Assembly (NCBI RefSeq): GCF_009914755.1
Contig: NC_060938.1
Reading direction: 5' to 3' (one strand)
Source of the DNA: the human T2T-CHM13v2.0 reference genome, Homo sapiens
Length of the DNA: 64,000 bases
Shown: positions 25,932 to 36,001 of the stretch, one piece after another
How positions within the stretch are numbered: position 1 is the first letter of the stretch
Layout: every line of letters begins with the position of its first letter
The notes under the pieces: generated by a model
What the model was told of the DNA's origin: nothing
What the model saw: only the letters and a program-made list of their open reading frames with translations
Database searches by the model: none
Made by a program: the position numbers and the translations under genes

Positions 25932-28174
25932 TGTATTAGTCTATTCTCACACTGCTATGAAGAAATATCTGAGGATGGGTAATTTATAAAGAAAACAGTT
26001 TTAATTGACTCAGAGTTCAGCATGGCTTGGGAGGCCTCAGGAAACTTACAATCATGGTGAAATGGGAAACAAACATGTCCTTCTTCACATGGTAACAGGA
26101 AGCAGAAGTGCTGAGCAAAGCGGGCAAAGCCCCTTACAAAACCATCAGATCTCGTGAAAACTCACTCACTATCATGAGAATAGCAGCATGGGGGTAACCA
26201 CCCCCATAATTCTATTATCTCCTATTGGGTCCCTCCCATGACACATGGGGATTATGGGAACTACAATTCAAGGTGAGATTTGTTTGGGGACACAGCCAAA
26301 CCATATCATTCTGCCCCAACCCCTCCCAAATCTTACGTTCTCACTTTTCAAAACACAATCATGCCTTTCCAACAGTCCCCCAAAATCTTAACTCAGTCCA
26401 GCACTAACCTGAAAGTTCAAGTTCAAAGTCTCATCTGAGACAAGGCAAATCCCTTCCATCTATGAACATGTAAAATCAAAAGAATGTTAGTCACGTCTAG
26501 ATACAATGCATATATAGGCATTGGGTAAATACACCCATTCCAAATGGGAGAAATTGGACCAAACAAAGGAGCTAGAAGCACCATGCAAGTGTGAAATCCA
26601 ATAGGGTAGCTATTAGACATTAAAGTTTCACAATGATCTCCTTTGACTCCATGTCTCACATCAAGGTCACACTGATGCAAGAGATGGGCTCCCATGGTGT
26701 TAGACAGCTCTGATCCTTGGCTTTGCAGGTTATAGCCTCCCTCCCAGCTGCTTTCATGGCTGGCATTGAGTGTCTGCAGCTTTTCCAGGTGCACAGTGCA
26801 AACTGTCAGTGGATCTAAAATTCTGGGGTCTGGAAGATGGTGGTCCTCTTCTCACCTCTTCTCACTAGGCAGTGCCCCATTGGGAACTCTGTGTGGTGGT
26901 TCTGATCCCATATTTCCCTTCTGCATTGCCTTAGCAGAGGTTCTCCATGAAGGTTCCACCCCTGCAGCAAACTTCTGCCTGGACATCCAGGCATTTCCAT
27001 ACATCCTCTGAAAGCTAGGTAGAGGTTCCCAAAAGTCAATTCTTGACTTCTGTGAACCTACAGGCTCAAAACCACATGTAAGCTGCCAAGTCTTCAGGCT
27101 TGAACCCTCTGAAGCAATAGCCTGAGTTGTACATTGGCCCCTTTTGGTCTGGGCTGGAACACAAGGCACCAAGCCTCAAAATGCACAAAGCTGCAAGGCT
27201 AGGCCTGGCCCACAAAACCGTTTTTTCCTCTTAGGCCACAAGGCCTGTGATGGGAGAGTCTGCCATGAAGTCTTCTGACATGCCCTGGAGATATTTTCCC
27301 CATTGTCTTGGTGATTAACATTTAGCCCCTCATTACCTGTGCAAATTTCTGCAGCCAGCCTGAGTTTCTCTGAAGAAAATGGGCTTTTCTTTTTTATAGT
27401 GTCAGGCTACAAATTTTCCAAACTTTTATGCTCTGCTTCCTTTTTAAACATAAGATATAAATTCAGATCATCTCTCTCAAGTTCCAAGTCCCACAGATCT
27501 CTAGGGCAAGGGCAAAACACCACCAGTCTCTATGCTAAAGCATAGCAAGAGTCACTTTTATTCCAGTTTCCATCCATTCCTCATCTCTATCTGAGAACAC
27601 CTCAGCCTGGATTTCATTGTTCATATCACCATCAGCATTAGATCAAAGCCATTCAACAAGTATCTAGGAAGTTCCAAACTTTCCCATATCTTCCTGTCTT
27701 CTTCTGGGCCCTCCAAACTGTTCCAACCTCTGCCTGTTCCCAAGTTCCAAAGTAGCTTCCACATTTTGGGGTAAAAAAGCAGCACCCTACCATCTGTGGA
27801 ACCAATTTACCATATTAGTCAGTTCTCATGCTACTATGAAGAAATACTCAAGACTGGGCAATTTATAAAGAAAAGAGTTTTAATTGACTCACAATTCCGC
27901 ATGGCTGGGGAGGCATCAGGAAACTTACAATCATGGCAGAAGGCACCTCTTCACAGGGTGGCAGCAGAGAGAAAGAGTGCAAGCAGGGGAAATGCCAGAT
28001 GCTTATACAACCATCAGATCTCATGCGACTCACTCATTATTATGTGAAGATCATGGTGGAAATTGCCCCCAAGACTCAATTACCTCCACCTGGTCCTCCC
28101 CTTGACCCTTGAGAATTATGGGGATTACAATTCAAGGTGAGATTTGTGTGGGGACACAGAGCGAAACCGTATCA
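25932..28174 (-). mobile_element. Two-LTR THE1 (C/D) MaLR element: 3' LTR 25932-26308, internal 26309-27810, 5' LTR 27811-28174
   Basis: Both LTR ends recognisable (TGTATTAGTC...AAACCATATCA; CATATTAGTC...AAACCGTATCA). Reverse PPT TTCTGCCCCAACCCCTCCC lies next to the left LTR and ACCAATTTAC next to the right LTR. TSD ATTGC/ATTGG. ORFs 26423-27545 are typical THE1-int pseudo-ORF translations. Confidence 0.95.
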
Positions 28175-28275
28175 ATTGGAAAGGTTATTTAAATTTATTC
28201 TGCCTTAGTTTCTTTCTCTGTTTAATGGAAATAATGCCCATATGTTCTAATTTTGTTGAGAATTAAATGACACTG
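28175..28275 (+). mobile_element. MIR fragment (likely host of the THE1 insertion)
   Basis: AAGGTTATTTAAATTTATTCTGCCTTAGTTTC...GGAAATAAT...GAGAATTAAATGA. Confidence 0.6.
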
Positions 28276-28304
28276 AGCAGTCGTATAATAATATAAAAAT
28301 AACA

Positions 28305-28520
28305 ACCATTTATATTATACACCATTATGTTACAGTTGCTTTACATTATCTCCAGGCCTAAAACAACAATAAAAGCCATTTTTTAGATTACATATTTTTG
28401 CAAATGCAGCTCAGGAAATGTAACCAACATTTTCCAGTCTCCCATCAGTACTTAATGCCAAAATAAGGATTTAAACTAGAATACCTGGCTTCAATGACCA
28501 CAAGCTACTATACATCATAT
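28305..28520 (-). mobile_element. MIR fragment
   Basis: TTTTGCAAATGCAGCTCAG...GGATTTAAACTAGAATACCTGGCTTC. Confidence 0.5.
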
Positions 28521-28639
28521 CATCCTGTCTTTAAAAGTTGGGACTTGTCACATATAAAATGCTCAATAAATGTACATTTTTATTCCCATTATATAATATG
28601 AATATTGTAGTCACAAAAAATTTTTAAATGTCTGCATAC

Positions 28640-28760
28640 TATCAAAATTATGAATTCTTTGAGAGCAGGTATCTTTACTTATTCATAATTACATCTCCCA
28701 GAAAATTAAACACAATATCTTCCATATAGCTGATGTTCAAGAAATATGTTTTGAGTTGTT
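28640..28760 (+). mobile_element. L2 3' end
   Basis: TATGAATTCTTTGAGAGCAGG...CATCTCCCAG...CACAATATCTTCCATATAG...TTCAAGAAATATGTTTTGAG. Confidence 0.6.
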
Positions 28761-30109
28761 CTCAGATTCTGACATTCAATTTTGATTGGACAATAACATT
28801 TAATCCATTAGTGTGTGATTTTACGTGCATAAATTCAGAAGAATGCTTGACGAAGAAAATATTTTAATAAAGAGTATATAATCATGATAATCTGGATAAA
28901 TTTAATTTGTCAACTGTTGTTAAATAATTATTTATAAGTAGTAATTAGTAATACAACCAAAATGTAATTGAATTTTTTCAACAACATCATTAACATTAAA
29001 TCCCAAATAAATATAAAATTCATATAAGTCGTGGTTAGAGTAACTGTTTTTTATTCTCTATCACTTTCTTTCAAAGCAATTCAGTAGTTAACTTGATGAG
29101 ATGTGGGAGATGCTGTGTGGGGGCATGGAAAAGTGGGACCTGCTGTTCTGCTTGATTTTTATAACATTCATATACCTTTGGAAGAAGATAACCTCACATA
29201 TGGCTTCTTTCTATGATAAATAGCTGTCACAATAATGACAGCCAATGAGCCAAAATTCCAGCCACAGCCAAAGTCTGTGTAGATGTGTTGCTGAACCAGT
29301 CCTCCTTGGGACAAGTCACTGAATGACTTCATAGACAGGGCAGTCTTACTGCAGAAGTCATTTCTTTACGAAAAGCTATCCATTCACAGTGGGCTGAAGA
29401 TGATGACTATCAATCACCTCAGTGAGCTGCTATCACAGAGGCAAATTTCTACCCAAGTAATGACACATATATATTCATTCTCAGATAAATGTAATTGTGA
29501 TTCTTTGCCTAGTTATTATGGAGGTAAAATCCCCTGGTGATACAAAACACATTTAAAAACATAAATCTTAAAATCAACAGCAGTTCCCCCTAAAACATCC
29601 CTACTGTATATTTGTACAACCTTGAAAGACAGTGAGATGATGGTGACTTTTCTTAAAATCAACATTTTTTACTGTTTTCATTCCTTTAATGCACATACTC
29701 ATCATTTATTTGTATATCTGGTAAAGATATCTGCATTGAATAGAAAGACAACATTAATTTCATCCTCTTTAATTAGTCTGATTAAACAAAAGAAACTACC
29801 AACCAGTCTGTTAGATGGAATGTGTCGATTAATAGAATTTTAATTAGTATAAATAACACTTTAAAGAAGAAAAAGAGAAATAAAACATTTTGGATTTACA
29901 GAACCCTTTTCAATCATAAAGGCATTTTCCAATCAGTAAATCCATCTACAAATGTTTGTAGAGACAGCATATATGATGCTCAAGACAACACGATAGATGA
30001 TGCAAGGAATACAAACAATTACACTCTGTGTTACTATATATGATGTGGTCACTAAGCTAAGGACAATATAATGTAGTTTGTCCATGGTTAGAGAGTAGCT
30101 GATAGTGCG

Positions 30110-30350
30110 GAAGTAGTAATTTAGATTCTGAGTATCTACTATATGTCAAACACTTACCCATATACTCATATTTTATTTCTTTTTCACAGTAAATCTTGCC
30201 CAATGTACATCATTTCTGTTTTTGAGATGAGGAAACTCAGACAAAGAAAATGTTAATGCCTTGTCTCAACTTGCACACTGGTCATAGGTGGAACCAATAC
30301 TTTAATGCAGAATTTTATTATTTTAAAGTCCATATTCTTGCTTCTACTGT
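30110..30350 (-). mobile_element. MIR
   Basis: TGAGTATCTACTATATGTCAAACACT...TTTTGAGATGAGGAAACTCAGAC. Confidence 0.7.
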
Positions 30351-30729
30351 ATCTCATTTTGTGGTTGTAAAACACAATGGATGAAAATATTAGCATACCC
30401 AAAAGTCAATGTACCATGATATTCTATGTTAGGAGGAAAAATGAGGAAATGTATTTTTTCCTGGCTAAAATGAAGTCCCGGCGAATCATAACATTCACCA
30501 AAGCATTCCCTTCTCACAATTTTTTGCCTCTTTGCTTCCAGAAAATTCTTCTAAAATCTGACAGGCAAACCTGTTTAGTAGGTCACACCTATATATGGAC
30601 ATATCAGCTACTGTCTGTGAAATTTTAGAGTTAATAGAGATCCCCTGCCATATTCAACTTTGTAGACTCTACAAACTGCATCAGGATATTCGCAAAGATT
30701 CTGAAAAGCAACTAATATTTTATTATAAG

Positions 30730-31150
30730 TTTATATTTCAACTTAGAAAAGTACTGGATAACTTAAAAAATGAAAGACAAAAAATATAATCACCCATAAT
30801 CCTTTCATTCTTCTTTGTACAATCACTTTTACATTATGCTGGGATATCTGATATGTTTTTATTTTTGTAGATCTGGAACATTCCAGTGGATCAGCAGTTG
30901 TTTAGCCTGTATTTTATTTTTTCCATTTTTTTTTGTATTATAAATAATGCTGTTGGAAACATCCACACACAGACTCCTCACCCCATCATAGCTTCATATA
31001 TTGGATCATTTCTTAGAGAAGTTTCAGAAAAATAATTACTGAGGCAAATGGACTTATAAAGAACTGGAAACTTATTTAGCCTCATGGTTACTTAAAAGAA
31101 TTACACAATTTTGTCAACAATGTATGAAGGAATCAACTTGATCATAGCAT
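30730..31150 (-). mobile_element. L1ME-type 3' fragment
   Basis: TTTTTTGTATTATAAATAATGCTGTTGGAAACATCC...ATTACTGAGGCAAATGG. Confidence 0.55.
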
Positions 31151-31214
31151 CCCTATGAAACAAATTATTGGTGTTATAAGCACTGTTCTTCTACTTATAT
31201 TTTATCATCATGTA

Positions 31215-32560
31215 TTTTTTCTCCAACCCTCTTTTCTTTTTATGTAGATCTGAGTGTCTACTATGAATCACTTTCTTTCTCCCTGAATCACTTCTTTTAA
31301 CCACTTTTGAAGTGCAAATTTGCTAGCTAAGCATTCCTATTACTTTTTGCTTGTCTGAGATTGTATTTATTTCTCTTGTACTTTTGAAATATAATTTCAC
31401 TGGATATCATATTCTAGGTTGTTGAATATTTTCCTCCAATACTTTAAATATTTCACTTTATTTTCTCCTCACTTCTGAAGTTTCCGAGACATCTAATATA
31501 ATTCTCATCTTTGCTCCTGTAAAGGTGAAGCGTACATTTTTCACCTCCTCTGTTTTTCTTTCAGGCGTTCTGTTTGTCCTTGGTTTTCTGCAGTTTGAAT
31601 ATGATATGCCTAGGTGCAGTTTTTTGGTAATCATCCTGCCTTGTACTCTCTGAGCTTCCCCAATCTGTTGTTTAGTGTCTGTCATTAATTTTGGAAAGTG
31701 CTTGAATAATGTTACTTCTAACATTTCTTTGTCTCTTTTATCTGTTCTTCTGGTGTTTTAATAATGTATTTATTACACCTTTTGAAATGTCCCACAGTCT
31801 CACAGTTCTTGGATATATTGTTTTTTAGTTTAGTGTTTTTTTTAATCTCATTGCATATAAGTTTTGTAAGTTTCTATTGACATTTCTTCAAGCTTACTGA
31901 TTCTTTTCTTGGCCATATTGAGTCTATCAATGAGCCTATCAAGGGCATTCCTCATTTCTGTTTCAAAGTTTATTTAACATATTAATCATAGTTATTTTAC
32001 ATTCTTTTCCTGATAATTCCAACATCCATATCATATTTGAGTCAAATTTGGTTCCTTCTTTGGTTATGTAGAGTATATTTTGGCTTGCCTCACTCAAATT
32101 CCTTATTTTTATTTATTTGTTTGTTCATTTAAGAACTAGGCATATTATTTCAGATAATAGGAACTTAGATTTAGATAATTAATCCTTTATTGATAGAGTT
32201 TACTCTAATCTGGCTAGCAGTTGGGCTATCTTTAATGTTAGCTGTAGCTTCAGGTGCTAGAAGTTTTAAATTTATTTTGTGTTTTTGTGTTTTCTCCTCT
32301 ATCAATTTTGGACTTCCTTTAGCACACCTTCCTATAATCTTGAAGGTATTTCAGCTATATTCCATTATCATTATATTAGGTCCTTTTTGGTATAGTGGTG
32401 ATAAGGTATGAGGGAGAGAAATTTATTATTAATTTCATTCTTTTAGTTGGCTTGTGTTTCTAGGCCACGGTCTTTACAAGTTTTGGTTTTTTGTTTGTTT
32501 GTTTTGTTTTTGTTTTTGTTTTTGTATTTAAGCTCTCTCTCCCCTCCCTTATGTGAGGCA
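31215..32560 (-). mobile_element. Old L1M (MC/MD-type) 5' region including an ORF1 remnant
   Basis: ORF 31458-31724 encodes FPKLMTDTKQQIGEAQRVQGRMITKK, resembling L1 ORF1p (NFPxL...QIQEAQRTPxR); frame is broken. Confidence 0.8.
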
Positions 32561-32819
32561 GGATGGCCAAAAGGTCTTGACTGGATAAAAGGATATATAG
32601 AGAGAAGAAAATTGCAACAGTAAGATTGATAACAGAGGTGAACAAAACACAAAGCCCTTGACCTCAAGGATCTGCCATTATGGATTAGTATATTTATGTA
32701 TATTTAGTATATTTTGTTCACATAAAAGCCATTAGCTATTTGATTGCTAGATAAAGGCATCAACTAATACTGACATTGGTTCTAAGAATAAATGTTATCT
32801 TCTTGGTTGGTTGAGGGGC

Positions 32820-33030
32820 AGTTATTATTTTCCTACACTCTTTCCCTGAGCATAAGTCTTCAAAGCTTTAGAATAAATCAGAGCCATGTGAGAGGAGGTT
32901 GAGTCTTGAATTGTCATATGAAAGGACCACTCACCAAGGAGAATCACCTATGGTACTGTGACCTGAGGAAAAAGTACACTTAAGCTATTGAAAGTTGGAA
33001 TGTTTGTTTCAACAGCTAATGTTACCTTAA
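32820..33030 (+). mobile_element. Old MLT1 (H/J-like) LTR 3' fragment
   Basis: CTTAAGCTATTGAAAGTTGGAATGTTTGTTTCAACAGCTAATGTTACCT resembles an MLT1 terminus. Confidence 0.45.
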
Positions 33031-33234
33031 AAAAATATGATGTGTTGAACAAATTGCTGTCATCAGCTTTATATTTAATTTTACATGGATAAATATTCCA
33101 AATTTTCAATACAGATAGTCACTTTTCAAGACCTATGTACTAGCATTCAATGTATTAATGAAGCATGCTTCTGTGTAAATTTTAACCTGGCTGTCTTTCT
33201 TTGAGGCAATCTTTGGTGACAAAGAAAATGGAAA

Positions 33235-33370
33235 TGCTATACGGAAAAGCATGCTAGAATCAAGAGACATGATTTCTGGCCTAGGCTTTGTACTTACTGT
33301 CTGTGTGACATGGATGAACTAATTGTGTCACTGGATTCAGTATTCTTAATTAGGAAATAAGAATTCCAAT
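33235..33370 (+). mobile_element. MIR fragment
   Basis: CTAGAATCAAGAGACATGATTTCTGGCCTAGGCTTTGTACTTACTGTCTGTGTGACATGG. Confidence 0.65.
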
Positions 33371-35718
33371 GTCCAAAAATACAATTATCTATTAAAGAAT
33401 TTTTAGAAACTATAGAAATAGAAGGTATTCTTGAGATATTAATAACCTAGGCATATGAGTATAGGCTTCACCTAGAATCTTTGTTTCCCACTTTGTAAGT
33501 CTAATATAAATATGACCTAATTATATATTTTAGGAGACAGAAGCATTAATAGAAAAAAAAAGTCTTATTTTTTTCACTTTTTGGATTCTGTCTGCCTGCC
33601 TGCCTGAATATTTAGGTCATTCTGATGGACAATTTCATCCAAAGACTATTTACATTTAATAGATCATGTAGGAGTTAATCAGGTTTGGAGGCAGAGTTCT
33701 TAGGAAGGAATTCTGGTAGTAGGAGAGGCAATAAAACTCTATTAAAAATCCAAGTGTATTTTCTAGGGAATACATATTTAGCAATGATCACTTATTTTTA
33801 TCTCAGCTGCAAACATCAGGTACATATCAGGTGAGTGCCAGTAGCCAAACTGGATCCAGAGGGAATGGGGCTAAGAACGGGTTTGTTTCACAGTCCATGG
33901 CATGAAAGATCAAGGTACCACGTAAACAGATTTTGTGCCTTTTAATTATTATGTTTTCTTATCCAAACATAGCATTGGGAAACATTTTGTGTATTTTCAT
34001 TTTGTTTAAAAGCCCCAGTGAAGTGTTTCTGACATACTGCTCTGTGAATCTTCTTAGTCATTTGGAGTAAAATAACTATTTTTCTCTGCAAGTAGCATCT
34101 TGTAATGTTTCTGAATTTGACATTACATTCATCATCCTTTTTTCCTATCTCTTAAACACACACTTAAATTCATATGGTCTGTTTCAGTTTTTAAAAAGCA
34201 CAACAAACAAATTTAAAAAAGGAAATGCATTTTTAATTTTATTTCAGAAATGAAGGCTCATGTGATGCATTATAATATATTCATTGTCTATTGTTAGGAG
34301 AAATATCTAGTTTATTTACTCTAGGTAGATGGCAAGTAAGTGTTAAATGTGTATTTTTTTATTTTTCAAATAGCAAAGAGACATTTTGCTTTTTTAAAAT
34401 CATTGTTTTTGTATCCACTTCCTGCAAGCATGAGCTCAGGAAGTGATAAAGTTGACACAGTTGCTGATGGATTTCTTACTGGCTCATGCCAAGTTGTTTC
34501 CTGGTGCCAAACACAATGGATCAGGAAATATGGCACGTGACCAGAAAAAATCTTATTGTTTTACATAAGTTTTCTCTTTCAACTTATGGCTCCAGACAAA
34601 AATGTCCCAGAATATTTAAAAATTTCTTCTCTGTGATAAATGATCCAACAAATGTTCAGATAATGATCTTCATGCATAGTTTTCTTATTAGCTTAACACT
34701 TTAAAGAACCAAATTATAAAATAGTCCAAGAAGTCCATGATAACACTTTTCAGAACAGATTAAACAAAGCATATTTTAGAAGAAGAGATTTGATCAAATA
34801 GAAAAGCAAAAAAGGCTCAATATTATTCTCATGAATTTAATTTGATAGAAGTAATATTTATTCAATTCACTTATTAATGTTGTATTAATGATGACAAACC
34901 ATGCATTTTCAGTGGATCTAATAGATCTCCAGGGTTTTGCTTCTAAGAAATACTTTGTAGAATGCTAAATTAGCCATCTTTTTCATATGACCAGTTGATG
35001 CCAAACACTGCGTTTTCTTCCCATCCTTATCCCCACAGATTTAGTCATTTATAAATAGTATTTTCTTCTTCTGCAAAGGTCCTGAACTTCCATGGCTTTT
35101 TGCCTGTTGTCTTATAGTTAGTATCAATTTGGCTTACATATTCACACAGTATTTTTTTTCACACATTGGAATTAAGGTTTTTATGGGAACACTAATCAAC
35201 CAAGTCAGCAGCCAAATGCAGTCTTTAAAATTATTATTCATGTTCCATAAGGGTCTTTTCAAGTACAAAGACCACATCATTATTTCTATGTGAGCTGTTT
35301 AAATGAACATTTTAAAAATCAACTCTGTTGGCTTAAATACTAAAACTCCATTCTCAGCTGTCAAGACATAAATTTATCATGAACTGAGTTGGAAAGACTT
35401 TGGCCTCTCCTTGAAGAAACATACTACATGGATTATCCTCTCAAACAAACATGTTCACTGAACAACCATCTTGTAAATGTTTAGGGCTACTAACTACTCA
35501 ACTCCTGGGTACAGGCTGCTTTGAGAAAATAGTGAAAACAAATAACCAGCAAACAAACAAACATGCCAATGGGTTAGTTATAGCTCTGCTGGCAAGGCTG
35601 AACAGTAGTTCAGATTCACAAATTTCCAATTATATCCTGATATTATTTTTCAAGAAGTGGAGTGAAAACAGATAAGCAGAGAAACACAACAAGAAAACTA
35701 CTTTAAAACTGAGAATTT

Positions 35719-36001
35719 GGCCAGACATACTGGTTCACACCTGTAATCCCAATGAAGCAGGAAGATCACTTGAGACCAGGAATTTGAGACCAGCCTGGAC
35801 AACATAAAGAGACCCCACGTCTACAAAAAATTGCTGAACATGGCAATGTGCACCTTTAGTCCTCGCTACTTGAGAGACTGAGCTAGGACAATCACTTCAG
35901 CCCAGGTGTTTGAAGTTGCAGGCAGCTATAATCACACCACTGCATTCCAGCCTGAGTTACAGACAGAATGAGACCCTGTCTCTAAAAAAAATAATAGTAA
36001 T
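35719..36001 (+). mobile_element. AluJ, degraded
   Basis: Sense Alu dimer with J-type features (GAGACCCTGTCTC) and small internal deletions; flanking GAGAATTT repeat. Confidence 0.93.

Noticed and set aside
26225-28105. Cluster of ORFs up to 123 aa
   Set aside because: Fragments of THE1 internal/LTR sequence broken by stops and frameshifts; not a gene cassette.
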